Below are positions 28,201 to 40,318 of a stretch of DNA of 64,000 nucleotides, in pieces. The DNA is from Antedon mediterranea. Taxonomy: Eukaryota; Animalia; Echinodermata. The notes beneath the pieces are model-generated. The model saw only the letters and a program-made list of their open reading frames with translations. It searched no databases and was not told the origin of the DNA. A program made the position numbers and the translations under genes. The stretch covers positions 10,540,001-10,604,000 of the forward strand of contig NC_092672.1 in the NCBI RefSeq assembly GCF_964355755.1, given 5' to 3'. Each line of letters opens with the position of its first letter. Within the stretch, counting starts at the first letter, position 1.

Positions 28201-30310
28201 TCAAGCCATCCATTACTGGCCTCGAATTTGTTATGGCTGTCAGGATACAACTCCTTGGCAAAAAGAAGAGCCTTCTCTTTCAAAAGAGGACCAGAAACCG
28301 GCACGCCTTTTCTCCGCTGTTGTGTCATCCATGCATAGGAAGCCTCGTCTACCTTGGCATATGCGGCTTTTGATAAGTAGGATTTCTCCAAAAACAGACT
28401 GGGTAACTCGCATTTCGAAACAGAACTTTCTATTTCGCCACGTTTTGCCCAGATAGTGGACACAGTCGACTTGGATAAGCCAAACTGAGTTGCTACCACA
28501 AGATTCGAAAGACCTTTCCTTCGTGCTGCAATAATTTTTAATTTAGTATCAATAGAGACACTTTGACGTTTTCGCGTTGGAGCCATGATTATGAATGAAT
28601 TGATGAGTTTAAAACGGTCTTATAAACATAAAAGAATGATAAGATTGATCGTAATTTATTTTCAAATAAACGTCATTAAGGTTTTAATTCTAAATGACAA
28701 TGATGATGTTTATTCTTTGCGGCGTAATATTGTGTGTCGGCATCATTGCTGTACAGGAAGTTTGTTATCGCCGCTGTTAGACGCACAGCTACTCAATGTA
28801 GGCGGCGATTTCTTGATGTCAACAGCGCGTCAAAAGGAATGTTACAAGATAAACAACGAAAGAATGGTGATCGTTATGTTACGTTTTGCGATCTAATTAG
28901 CACTGTTAAATGACTCATACTAAGTGAAACACAAAGATTAAAACGTAAACATGTTTAATGAATAGAAAATACATATAAAGCAACATGCTACTAGGGCCTT
29001 TAATGTATCAAAATATTTTAAAATTATGACGTCATCGGTAATTTTTTACCGTACGTAAAATCGAGGGATCGTAAAATCAGGGTACGTAAAATGGAGGTTC
29101 TACTGTATATCACTTTAAAAACATTAAACCATGTCATTCCTTGTCTTAAATGTACGTTTTATGGTAAATTATGATAAAAAGTGAGAAACAATGCACTACC
29201 TAAGTAGCTCGCGGCGATCGACCTCTCGTGGACGGTCTTAGGCCTAGCCTAGCTAGGCTTAGTTTTGTAGGCCTAGCTGGTAAACTTCGGTAACGTACGA
29301 ACATCGTACGCGAGCTATATACCTAGCCTGACGTTGTATAGTTGCTGCATTAATTGTCTTTCTATTTTTGCCAGACTCCGTTGATACAAATTGGGGAAAA
29401 CCCGGTATTTTCGCTGAAAAGTTAGGAGTCTTCCATTTGTTTTGGCCCCACGATCGATCGAAAAGTGGGCGAATTACAGGTGAAAAACAAAAATATCAAT
29501 CCGCGCGCAATGCATTTTGGGATTTATAGCGGGCCGCTATAATTATTAGAATCGACTTATTTTTCACATTTTTAACCGTTTAAAGACGAAAAAAGTTATC
29601 GCAATAGGACCATATAGTATTATTTTTACATTAAATATAGTTTGTGATCTTAAATTAGATCTAAAAAACGTAGGGAATGGGGCTTTAAAATTCTTTCACA
29701 TTTGTTTTCTTTTCAGACGTTTGAAGCTTGGTGAAATGGATTTCAGTGTTAAGTGTTCTGAAATTGCTAAAGTTACTAGGGGTCTGTCTGGACGTGAGAT
29801 CTCTAAGCTTGCTGTTGCTTGGCAGGTATGGTGCCAACACTTTGATTTTGTTCTGTATGTTTTAGAATATTTATTCCCCTGCATGTCCAGCTGATTCTTG
29901 CATTGGTACTGTCCAGTGTCATAGCCAACTTCTGTAATACATTATCATATGTGTATCACATGTTAGTCCTGTATCATATGTCCTAAACTAACCCTTAACC
30001 TAACCTTCTACGATACAGGTGTCGCATGTAATACACATGTGACGGTAACACTGTATTAAATAAGTTGCTTATGATAGTAGACTATTACAGTGTGGAGAAT
30101 TGTGTAGCACATTCTAAATAGGAAACAAATGAAACATTTTATTTCGTTTTTATTATCTAGGCTAGTGGTTTTGCCTCGGAGAATGGCACGTTAACATCGG
30201 AGATGATAGACGCGCGTGTAGAGGAAGCAGTAAAACAACATGCACAGAAGGTTGAATGGCACGACAACGAGGAATCGAAATGGGAGAAAATACGACAGAC
30301 AAAAGCTTAA
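19282..30310 (+). CDS. ATAD3: ATPase family AAA domain-containing protein 3 (mitochondrial), 594 aa
   Basis: Exons: 19282-19507, 19924-20000, 20520-20681, 21533-21602, 21963-22128, 22461-22530, 22731-22943, 23227-23352, 23660-23784, 24289-24340, 25123-25193, 25686-25853, 29717-29825, 30161-30310 (1785 nt, in frame). Motifs: MSWLFG start, [31 protein letters not shown], Walker A GPPGTGKT, Walker [25 protein letters not shown]. Confidence 0.96.
24761..25095. repeat. 56-bp tandem repeat, 6 copies
   Basis: The unit AAGACTCCTTAGTTTGCTTGCCTTTGATTAACTATTTATCATTTTAGCAATAATAG recurs at 24761, 24817, 24873, 24929, 24985 and 25041. Confidence 0.92.
25308..25520 (+). mobile_element. Partial TTAA-flanked (Kolobok-like) MITE; related copies at ~42060-42320 and ~54057-54335
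   Basis: Begins TTAA|AGATGTATTGTCCCC and shares TATTCACTTTGA.CA.AAATTGGAT...TTACCTGAAAAA.CTGTAATTTAAA with the reverse complement of 54180-54335. Confidence 0.5.
26350..29105 (-). mobile_element. Full-length Tigger/pogo (Tc1/mariner superfamily) DNA transposon
   Basis: Perfect 24-bp TIRs CAGTAGAACCTCCATTTTACGTAC, TA duplications (26348-49, 29106-07), subterminal CGTAAAAT repeats and a single intact transposase ORF. Confidence 0.95.
26967..28586 (-). CDS. Tigger/pogo transposase (CENP-B-type HTH domains + DDE_1), 539 aa
   Basis: [17 protein letters not shown]; catalytic [17 protein letters not shown] and QPMDQG (DD34D spacing by count); C-terminal [11 protein letters not shown]-box-like motif. 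Confidence 0.95.
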   Translation of the reverse strand: MAPTRKRQSVSIDTKLKIIAARRKGLSNLVVATQFGLSKSTVSTIWAKRGEIESSVSKCELPSLFLEKSYLSKAAYAKVDEASYAWMTQQRRKGVPVSGPLLKEKALLFAKELYPDSHNKFEASNGWLECFKKRHGIHSLSMQGESLSANASSIEPFQAKLKMLMDAENLTRDQIFNADETGLYWKLMPSRSLVLHGEKTAKNFKTAKDRVTVMGCANASGTCKIPLTFVHKPAKPRCFKNINMDRLPVDYYSQKNAWMDSTIFKKWFFENFVPRARCFCRENNIPEKIVLLLDNAPAHPSEEVLTTEDGAFLVMFLPPNTTSLIQPMDQGVLEPLKRRYKKNLLRHILCQIDTPIPEAVKQLTIKDAVYWIADAWESATEENLKRSWNKLLKNVEERVEQPENEADDQTAPDEVEDRNIFETMFQELGASENMMSVDEWLAEDAEDPGHQWLTDEEIVDEFGTSSVSSDEEEQEEEQGENTRRVKPEQAFEALGVVVEWFEQMQKDPCHVRQIRRWRDEAAQMRAASLNQTKITNFFE

Positions 30311-31429
30311 CAGGGACGACCGGTACATAGTAGGTTTGATGGTTAGAAGACTGCCGTCCAAGATTAGATTGCACAGCTGATGGAGGCCTAGAGATATTGC
30401 AAAGTTAGTGTATTGAAATCATGGTATTCACATGGAGTACTCTCCTATGTAGACATGACCAAGGTCAGTGACCTTTTACCAAATTTTGTTTTTGTACAGC
30501 CACAAAATGTCAATGACAACTAATGCGCTGTCTGATGGACTTAAAAGGCAACATATTTGGAGGCTGATCGCCTTAGTTTGAAATTTACATTTTTAGTGAC
30601 AAAAAATAATCATTACCATTTGCGATTGTTACAATTTGCCAAGATGTTTAATTTTGCAGTTGAACATAATTTATCCACTGATTCACTGAATTGAATATGG
30701 AATGCATGAGATTGAGGGATGTCTTGTTTGGTGATGAATTAATATTTTATTCACTTTTACATCATATTGATGGTTATCAGATTGTTTGAATAGAGGGAAT
30801 ACTTTAGTATGGCCGCTCTACTATTAATGCTTGCCACTCAACCAATATCTGATTTGTATATTACTATATTGAAAGGTAGGATTTTTAAAATTAGCTACAG
30901 AGCTTATTATAGTTGAAAAGCAAGAAAAAGTATCTTTATTCAGAGTCTATAGAGATATGCAATTCAACCAGTATTAAGAATTAATCTTTTATTTATGCTG
31001 CTTTTACAGTCGTGATTCGATTACACTTGCTAACAGTAGGCAGGATTTTTGTTAAGGATCTAGATAAGAGAAAAATTGTAAAGACTACTAAGTATGCACA
31101 TGAAAGAAAACACTGTAGCTGAGACCAAAACCAAAAAAGACAAAATAGTCTGCCTGAACAAAATCCTTGAGTGCTGTTCACACTAGCTGTGGTGAACACC
31201 AGTTATTACACTTTTTACTTAATGCAACGTATTCATGGGATGCATTATCAAACAAATATCTAAACATAATAAATTATTATAGATACTTTGTGCAATATTT
31301 AAGATAACATTTTATCAAAAACATTGTCAAAGTGATCGTTTGAATAAAAGAAATTATATAAACTAAAAATGATTTCGTGAGATCTGTGATTCAATCGAAA
31401 CAAAATGCTTACAATTTGTTTTCTTGATT

Positions 31430-31627
31430 CCCACTAAGAAAAAAAAAACTCTTGTCATTTCCATTTTGCAAGTAGTTGAATCATCACTGTTGCGATGTAA
31501 AAAGGAGATGTTGAATATACGTCTGCAGCACTATGCTTACATCGTCTGTTCCCACGTATGACACGGCAGGTTATGTTCTCACTGCACTTTGCATCCACGT
31601 TCTTGCGTGTCAGTGGGAACCAAGCTT
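31430..31627. mobile_element. Degenerate copy of the GTTCCCACTAG-TIR MITE family
   Basis: TTCCCACTAAG ... AGTGGGAACCAAGCT|TTA. Confidence 0.5.
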
Positions 31628-33537
31628 TAACTTCGAGTATTAACCAACATATGGACACAATTGCTTAAAACTACATAGACTTTGTGTTCTTTTATGGAAT
31701 GCTATTTTTATTTCTTTACATCAATTCCGGATTGCATTCATCCAGCATAGGTGTAGTTATGACACGCTATGTGTGCCAAAATGCTTTTCATTTTATTAAT
31801 ATTAATACTACTCGCTGTCTAGAACCTACTGCCCATAATGACAGTGTACGTCAGTCACTCTGATTACATTTTTATATGAATTTAAAGAGTTATTTCTGAA
31901 ATCAAATAAATGAATAATTTATTTATTTGACATGTCCATAAGGCAATAACTTACTAATGACCTTTGAAATGTGAAAACACATACTGCATGTGCATTATTT
32001 ATTACATACTATCTTTTAAGCCTCTCCATGGTTGTAGTACCCATATCTGATCAATAGATATAGAAAAAACACATTACCAGATATCATTACATACAGCAGT
32101 ATAATGCTAGAATGTATACAGTACCTCTATGATTATTCCAAACCCATTTCTGATCAAATAGAACAAACATATTAGGTCCAGATATATTATCACATACAGC
32201 AGCATCTATGATGATTGCATTACCCATATCTGATCAAATAGGCAGAAATGAACACATAACCGTGCATACAATTCATTTTGACATAGGCCTACTAAATATT
32301 GCTAAATCGTTTCATGTCCGCCATGGATATTATTAATGACACTAAATTGCTATAGTGGTGTAGAACACAAAGGATAATAGACAAAGATAATAACTAATGT
32401 TATATATACAAAAATATAACATACATAAAGAATCTCTGCGTGAACAAAATCCTTTTAAAAAAGGTGCTATTCATAGCTGTAGTAATTATTTGTTATTAAA
32501 TTCATGAATGTAAATCCCATTATAAACCAGGGACTCTTCCCTGTGTAAACTAACACCTTTGCCGATTTATTTCCGAATTCGGCACACATAGGATAATGCT
32601 CAGTCCTAAAAATGTTTGTGCTCCGAAGCATGCCGATCATGGATATTGCTGTGCATCATACGGGTTATGACAAGGATACAACAATAAGCCGCTAATCAAC
32701 AGAAAGAGCACTTGATTTTAGTAGACTTACTTCTAACAGACATTACTGTACGTTCCATGCATGTCTTCATCTGTAATAAAAACATAACATTCACTTTTAA
32801 GTGGATTGCTTTTTATATAAGTGTTGCCTGTTGCCACTAAGAGATTGTATTATATCTGCATGTTTATTATAATAACGGAAGTGACGTGTGTAGACCATCG
32901 ATCGTCTCCATTTTGACCATTTATCAGTCGTCATGACATCTTTTTGTCGTCTTCGCCATTTACGAATAATCACACCATAATATGATATCACTGTCGCCAA
33001 ATTTTGTTTATGGAACAACAATCGTCATAATCACGGTCGCCGTCTAATGCAAAGTATTACCTGTCGCATCTTTGCCTAATCATGATCAACGTCGTCGAGT
33101 TGACCATGAAGTATTAAACAGCAGTCGTCACGGCGGGACACTGTACGACGTCGGGGAATTAACCATTCACACCAGATAACCGTCGTCTTAATCTTTATGG
33201 TCGCCAATGTCGTCACCTTAGCCACTATCATAGTCACCGTCGTCGTCATAATTAGCATCGTCGCCGTCTTTACAATTACCAACCAGCTGTCATAATACCC
33301 TTTGTCGTTACCAGTCTTAATCATTATTAGGAATCTTTCGATTTGCGACGACCACCGAAGACCGACGACGAACCCAGGTCAATCGGTTTGTCGTGTTGGT
33401 CGTCGCCTGACATAAAAACCACCAACCGTACGCACACACACGTCCACACACGTCCACACATTCCCGCATGTGCTGATGTACTAACATGTCGGAGTAAGCA
33501 TTCGTTTTCAATTCATTTTCATTTAGTTTATTATTAA

Positions 33538-33737
33538 AGCGTGGTTCCCACTAGAACGCAACGCAGCGATGTATCGACGCAAAGTGCTGTATTGCGTCAC
33601 AAGTGGGAACCGACGACGCAACAGTGCTGCAAACATCACAAGTTTGATTTCATTTCACGCAGGCGGGGGCAAACACAATTATTGGAATGGTATTTTCGTA
33701 GGTTTCGGTACGTTGCGTCGCTAGTGGGAACCAAGCT
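33538..33737. mobile_element. Harbinger-type MITE (AGCYTGGTTCCCACTAG TIR family), ~200-bp subfamily
   Basis: AGCGTGGTTCCCACTAG...CTAGTGGGAACCAAGCT with TWA flanks. Same internal sequence as 34076-34266 and 38036-38245. Confidence 0.85.
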
Positions 33738-33804
33738 TTACCTCGTTTCGGAACGACAGACGATTATCAACACAAACTGAATGTTATCATTAGTTCAAAC
33801 GTAC

Positions 33805-35582
33805 CTTATTTCTCCAATTTCTGATGCAAGCTAAAATACAACTACCGGTGCCGACGAGAATCACCATGGTGATGATTATCCAAAACCACCATCGTCGGAC
33901 ATCTGCAAAAAAAAATATCCCCAAAATGTAACAAGTAAACTATTAACATCGCCTATTGACCAAATTTGACTTTTGCTTGTGTGATTTTCATACCATTTGG
34001 TTAGAAGATTAACGTCACGAAGAAGTACCCATTTACTGTACGTATGTCGTGGGCGTATCCATAAAGTGCTATTAAAGCTTGGTTCCCACTAGCAACGCAA
34101 CCTATGCAACGTAAGAAAATGCCCTTCCACTCATTGTGTTTGCCCCCGCCTGCGTGAAATCAAACCTACGATGTTTGCAGCACTTTACGTCGTCGGTTCC
34201 CACTTGTGATTACGCAATAGGGCACGTTCCGTCGATACGGCGTTGCGTCCTAGTGAGAACCACGCTTAAATTACATGTTCCAAGAATAAATAATAGTCGG
34301 TAGCTCTGCCTAGTAATAATATTGAAACTGTAAAGCTTGGTTCCCACTAGAACGTAACGCAAGGACGTAAACGCAACGTAAGCGTGTTGACCAATGACAA
34401 GCGAAGTTATAGACAGTTAGCAATCACAAGCGAATAAGACATCGCTTGTGATTGGTCAATTCACTTGCGTTGCGTTACGTCCTTGTGTTGCGTCGCTAGT
34501 GGCAACCACGTTTAATTAAGATTTTATATTTTTTATTAACTTGTTGGTTTGGCGGACCGACGATGAGATGTCCGAACCAATAGAAATAAATGTTACCCTC
34601 CTTAACCGCCCTTGTTATATTTAGGCATCAGCAGACATACGCGAATGTTGACAATGTGAATCATCTTCACTACCGTATTTCAACAAAATCAAGCCTAACC
34701 ACAACAACTGCCCCACTTTCATCGCCTTCCTTTTGCCACATCCAAACCATTATCTAATTACCATAACAGTCGGTCATTAGATATGGATCACCATGAAGGA
34801 AATAACAATGACATTAGTATACACTTGATATTGATTCTCCGGAAAACGCCCTTTTCAGCATTGTTTCTTTTAATATCCAAATCAAATAAATGCTATACAA
34901 TGGTTGCATAAATGTAATTATCTTTATACCGCCATATCATGCATCGTATAGAGTTCTACATGGTTTCTAGGAAAGACTTCCAATGTATTTTAAAACATAG
35001 GCCTAAAGTACAATACCAGTCATTTTGATACCGCACTATCAACCCTCCCCTTCCGAATCTAACACCCCCCCCCCCCCCCATTAGTGCTTCTCGGTTCGAT
35101 TGAAATGTAGTTCAGTTCCAGTCATTTTGATATAGGGTCTATAGGCCTATGTATGTAGGACTATGTATGCGTGCAATAACCAAAATGTGTATAGCGGACC
35201 GCGAACATACGTGCAAACATTCTCCTTCAATAAGATGCATATTAAACAAACGTCCTCTAGAGAGATCGAATGTTGGGGAAGGGGGGTTAAGAAAGATGAA
35301 GTGGAGTCCTCAAGATTAGAAAACCTTTCCAGAAAGCCCCTCATGCATGCGATGCACATCAGTACAGTACTAAAGTATAGCCACCACAACACCAGTACAT
35401 TTATATATTGCAATCTAAATTGATAGATTAAAACAGTAGCCTAAAATTTGATAATAGATTGATAAATTACCTCTTTCACTGATATCTGGAAGGGAAACAC
35501 CGAATATAGGTGGTGGATAAACACACGTACACTCCACATTCCTGATAGTGTTCACGTCCCAGCACACACCTGCCTGAGTCAT
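33805..35582 (-). CDS. Putative small single-pass membrane protein (two exons supported; downstream exons near 32770 uncertain)
   Basis: Exon 35582-35471 (MTQAGVCWDVNTIRNVECTCVYPPPIFGVSLPDISER, G|gtaatt) splices in phase to tttgcag|33902-33805 (DVRRWWFWIIITMVILVGTGSCILACIRNWRNK|gtacgt), which is a TM helix followed by a basic stop-transfer sequence. Confidence 0.45.
34076..34266. mobile_element. Same MITE, ~200-bp subfamily, opposite orientation
   Basis: TAA|AGCTTGGTTCCCACTAG...CTAGTGAGAACCACGCT|TAA. Confidence 0.85.
34334..34511. mobile_element. Same TIR family, ~180-bp subfamily
   Basis: AGCTTGGTTCCCACTAGAACGTAACGCAAGGAC...GCGTCGCTAGTGGCAACCACG. Used as the reference unit for the nested cluster at 38250-39059. 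Confidence 0.85.
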
Positions 35583-36307
35583 GGGAATATCTTGCGTCTT
35601 CGATAAATAGCTTACCGTTGCTGCAGTCTGATTTTCAGACTGTATATACCACAGTAGGCTTTACTCAGTCGGCGACTATTATTATTTATCGGCGCATTTA
35701 ATCAATATTCATCGCATTCATTCATGACATTTCTTCCCCTCGTTTTCACAAAATTGATGGTAGGTGGATAATGAAATTGGCACTCCACGCGTAATTTGAA
35801 CGTCTGAATTTACACTCGTAGTATTAATATATACTTAGACCAAGCAAAGCGGTTCGACACAGCGGTAGGTCGTCTCTCGTCTGATGACGTATTTAACACA
35901 GCCACAGGTTTCTTTTTGCTCTACTACTCTTGGCGTGTATGATATTTGAATGAAAATTAGGCCTATATAGGCTACTTGCAGTAGTACTAGTAAAATAGCA
36001 ATTTTAATATGGATTCTTGTGCGTAGGTCTATAATGACCTTTCTTTCGTTTACATACAGCTTGCTCAGCTATTGTGTTCTATACAGTTTGAATAAGATTA
36101 GCATAATGGTTAGCTCATTCATGTTCTTTTGTGTGCGATTAAATACGAGTTATAGCAACGTACGTACGATTACAAAGAAGATGAATTCCACGAAGGCTTT
36201 TAAATTAATAATTCATAAATAAAAACGGTTGGAAAACAATAATAAATACTGGCCTGTTCAATAGACAACAGCTTGAATTTATTTTTATTTATTTGCATTA
36301 ATATTAA

Positions 36308-37880
36308 CTAGATGGCACGCTCGCTTCGCTCGCGTACCATCTAGGTCGTGCCCACAGATGGTTCTCGAATACACAGTATTTCCAGCGAGAAAAAAATGGA
36401 GATTTCAAATGTACGTACCGCAGGACTATAACACATTGTCGTTTACAGAAACGAATAAATATACACAATGATTTATGTAGTCAACCAAAATTAGCACCCT
36501 GGGAATTACTTCCGAGAGAGAAACAAAATGAGTCAAATTTTTTTATTTGGACTCATTTAAACAAACCCAATTTGTGTTTTGTATGTAACATTAAGGGTTG
36601 AGGGATGGGGGAAGAAGATAGGTACAAAGAGGAAACATTTTAAAATATATTCTTATCCACTCAGTAACGAAATATTGTTTTTAATGTTTTATAGGCCTAT
36701 AAATAATATACCACTAAATACAGTAAAACATTTACGATTTAATACGGTACTTTGTTAAAACTCTCACTGTCATAGTCGATTGAAATAGTAAAGTACATGT
36801 AACGATACACCACTACGACGTTTATATATTTTTAAATTATTAATTAATACAAACGTTGAGAAGCAACTGTCAGTAATAACGTTTATTTATTTGTATATTA
36901 TATGTTTATAATCTAACAGTAGGGCCTACCCACACTCACAGTAATAAAGTTTATTTTTATATATTTTTATATTACATCTAACAGTACCAACACTCACAGT
37001 AAGAAATTTGCGATTCAAATTGCGATCAAAAGTGGTTAATACCTTAACAGTATTGTACAGCATTGCAATACTATTCATGTTTATTCTCCAAGGGGGCCCA
37101 TAAATCTAAATCTAAATCTATACCTCATGGTTAAACCAAATAATTTGGAATGTTTATTTGTATATTATATGTTTATAATCTAACAGTAGGGCCTACCCAC
37201 ACTCACAGTAATAAAGTTTATTTGTATATATTTTTATATTACATCTAACAGTACCAACACTCACAGTAAGAAATTTGCGATTCAAATTGCGATCAAAAGT
37301 GGTTAATACCTTAACAGTATTGTACAGCATTGCAATACTATTTATGTTTATTCTCCAAGGGGGCCCATAAATCTAAATCTATACCTGTATGGTTAAACCA
37401 AATAATTTGGAATGTTCCATTCATCACAAATCAATACATTTCTAAAAACGTATATTAAATGTATCAAAATAGTATTTTTTAAAGAAAATCGGCCTGTCTT
37501 CAACATTATGATGCTGTACTCGAACTGTTCAACCGGTTTTCAGCTATTAAAAACAATTATCGTAGGAGGAGATAGGAAAATGCGAAGCCTCCTCGCATTT
37601 TTGTGGCGGGTATTTTTCAAGATGGACATCCATTAGACAGTGTATACCACGATCGGAAAACACCCCTATTTGGGGCAAATCGTTGAACCTAAATTCGTTT
37701 TAATCGTCAATAACTAATTATCTAACTTAATTTAATTAGTAAACAGGGTTACATCAGGTGGTTAAAATCAGTACCGAAAGTACGAACCAACTTTATATAC
37801 CATCGAGTAAAAATTCTAGAAGTAAGGCGCGATTTACCGAATTTTGCCCTTACGTAAATTTATATATAGATATATATAGA
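36308..37880 (-). mobile_element. Non-autonomous Helitron with internal ~270-bp tandem duplication
   Basis: The minus strand begins A|TCTATATATA and ends with the hairpin GATGGTACGCGAGCGAAGCGAGCGTGCCATC and CTAG|T (inserted at AT, no TSD). ~36881-37150 is repeated at ~37151-37412. Confidence 0.85.
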
Positions 37881-38035
37881 TTCCGAGGTCCTCTTAACAT
37901 AACAAAATTAATCTTACGAAATTATGCCTAAATGGTAGCTTCGGGTTTAAACAATCCATTGTTTATATCCTTTTGTAAATATCAACCTTTGCAACAACAT
38001 TGATAATACACTAACAATTGGTTTAAACTTAATAA

Positions 38036-39059
38036 AGCTTAGTTCCCACTTGCGACGCAACGTAACGCAATCTACGCAACGTAATAAAATGCCCTTCTAA
38101 TAATTGTGTTTTCCCCCGCCTGCGTGAAATCAAACCTGCGATGTTTGCAGCACTTTTATTTTGCGTCGTCGGTTCTTCCCACTTGTGATTACGCAATACA
38201 GCACTTTGCGTCAATACGTCACTGCGTTGCGTTCTAGTGGGTGCTTTAAAGCTTGGTTCCCACTAGAACGCAACGCAAGGACGTAAACGCAACGCAAGCG
38301 TTTTAAAGCGTGGTTCCCACTAGCGACGCAACACAAGGACGTAACGCAACGCAAGTGAATTGACCAATCACAAGCGATGGCTTATTCGCTTGTGATTGCT
38401 AACTGTCTATAACTTCGCTTGTCATTGGTTAAAACGCTTGCATTGCGTTTACGTCCTTGCGTTATGTTCTAGTGGGAACCAAGCTTTACCAATGACAAGC
38501 GAAGTTATAGACAGCTAGTTAGCAATCACAAGCGAATAAGCGTTGTTCCCCTAGCGACGCAACGCAAGGACGTAACGCAACGCAAGTGAATTGACCAATC
38601 AAAAGCGATGGCTTATTCGCTTGTGATTGCTAAAGCGTGGTTCCCACTAGCGACGTAACGCAAGGACGTAAACGCAACGCAAGCGTTTTAACCAATGACA
38701 AGCGAAGTTATAGACAGTTACTTGTGATTGGTCAATTCACTTGCGTTGCGTTACGTCCTTGCGTTGCGTCGCTAGTGGGAACCACGCTTTACTGTCTATA
38801 ACTTCGCTTGTCATTGGTTAAGCTTGGTTCCCACTAGAACGTAACGCAAGGACGTAAACGCAACGAAAGCGTTTTAACCAATGGCAAGCGAAGTTTTTAT
38901 AGACAGTTAGCAATCACAAGCGAATAAGCCATCGCTTGTGATTGGTCAATTCACTTGCGTTGCGTTACGTCCTTGTGTTGCGTCGCTAGTGGGAACCACG
39001 CTTTAAAACGCTTGCTTTGCGTTTACGTCCTTGCGTTACGTTCTAGTGGGAACCAAGCT
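38036..39059. mobile_element. Cluster of at least six adjacent or self-nested copies of the GTTCCCACTAG MITE family
   Basis: Copy boundaries: 38036-38245, 38250-(host), 38307-38485, 38539-39059, 38634-38788 and 38821-39002. Junctions fall at TWA. Confidence 0.88.
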
Positions 39060-39089
39060 TAAGAGTTTATGTCTGTGAATTTAAAGGTA

Positions 39090-39170
39090 CTGTATCTCTT
39101 CGGAAATCCAGCCTAGAGCGTCCGTACATATATAAAGCAGAAAGTTCCGAGTTCGAATCTCGGTTGATAC
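39090..39170 (+). mobile_element. Deleted remnant of the tRNA-containing repeat found at 43.4-43.9 kb
   Basis: GTATCTCTTCGGAAATCC matches 43839 GTATCTCTTCGGAGATCC and is followed by AAGCAG...CCGAGTTCGAATCTCGGTTG (tRNA T-arm). Confidence 0.55.
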
Positions 39171-40279
39171 TAATAGCGTAATATTTACCATATACATTAT
39201 TAATAAATTAATGTTCAGTATCACTGCGTTTCTCTATTAATGTTGAGTTCTGGAATAGTGCGCCCTCAGGAGGTGACAGAGAGCACAAACTACGTCTGCA
39301 ATAGGCCGGAACATAATATATTATTATAATTTTATATTACAGTATTAATATTAGTACCAGGCTAGGCTAGTTGTTTAACAAGCCTTTATTCAATTAATGG
39401 AAACTTGACCTATGTAGGCATTGAGAGTACAATCGTTTTAAAATCACAATTCTGTATTTCTACCACCACTATTTGCATGCGCAAGCTGACTTTTCTAAAC
39501 TTTATTTGTGGAATAACAAAATGCATTCTTCATAGCACTATTTTTAAATTTATCGCGCTTATATATTTATGCGAGGTAATTTACCTCATTAATTAAATTG
39601 ACGAAAAGACACTCAAAATATATTGATTAGAATATAATTTTAGAAAAATGATATCGATTAATGTAAAGACAAAATATACAAATGTACCCATATTGATGTC
39701 GTCTATCATTAAGTTCTGACCACTTAACTATAAGTGGTCAAACTGTATATTTCTGCAGAATAACAGTGTTTCAAACGTTTAACATATTTCGAAATTATCC
39801 ATTGATGAAATTCCATCCATCTGCAAACAAATATATTATATATTTTTACTTTCTTTCTTTGGAAAATCCAAGAAATAATTATTTATTATTATGGCCATTG
39901 GCCCAAAAAATATACAATGTAAATCTAATTTGACAAAAATGTGTGATGTGCCCAAATATGGTAGTAATAATATGAAATCATCGTGCCGATATATGGGCAC
40001 ATATCATTTTTTGTCACATAAAGTGTGAAAGTGTAGACAGATTGTAACATAAATATAAAATTAACATTTAGGGTTAAAAGTATGTCTGTAGTAGTAGACA
40101 GTAGATGAGTTATTCGTATAAAAGGACAACATATATTTAGTTGTATAATCTGAATAAAGTGGACAAACTAAAGTGAAGTTAAAAAAAGTATACAGTATTT
40201 ATAATACTGTATATTTATTTATAATACTGTATACTATTATAAATATTGTTATAATTGCCTGCCTTTGAAATTATTGTTC

Positions 40280-40318
40280 ATTCCTGATGATGATCAAATC
40301 AAGATCGAAACGTTGAAT
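40280..40318 (+). ncRNA. Minimal type I hammerhead ribozyme (Penelope-like element type)
   Basis: ATTC-CTGATGA-T-GATC-AAATCAA-GATC-GAAA-CG-TT-GAAT: intact core, stem II GATC/GATC, stem I ATTC/GAAT and palindromic stem III ACGT. Confidence 0.65.

Larger units (their letters stand above)
26301..29684. mobile_element. Kolobok-like MITE (TTAA TSD, AG...CT ends), split by the Tigger insertion
   Basis: TTAA|AGACCCCTTCCCTGC ... GTAGGGAATGGGGCT|TTAA (imperfect TIR). About 630 bp remain once the Tigger element is removed. Confidence 0.65.

Noticed and set aside
26967-28586. Domesticated TIGD/Jerky-like host gene
   Set aside because: Perfect TIRs and a TA TSD show it is a bona fide transposon copy.
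33076-33511. Thr/Val-rich ORFs
   Set aside because: Degenerate (CGT/CAT)n simple-repeat region with no recognisable domain.
35881-35930. CTGATGA motif as a possible hammerhead
   Set aside because: No stem II or downstream GAAA box could be found.
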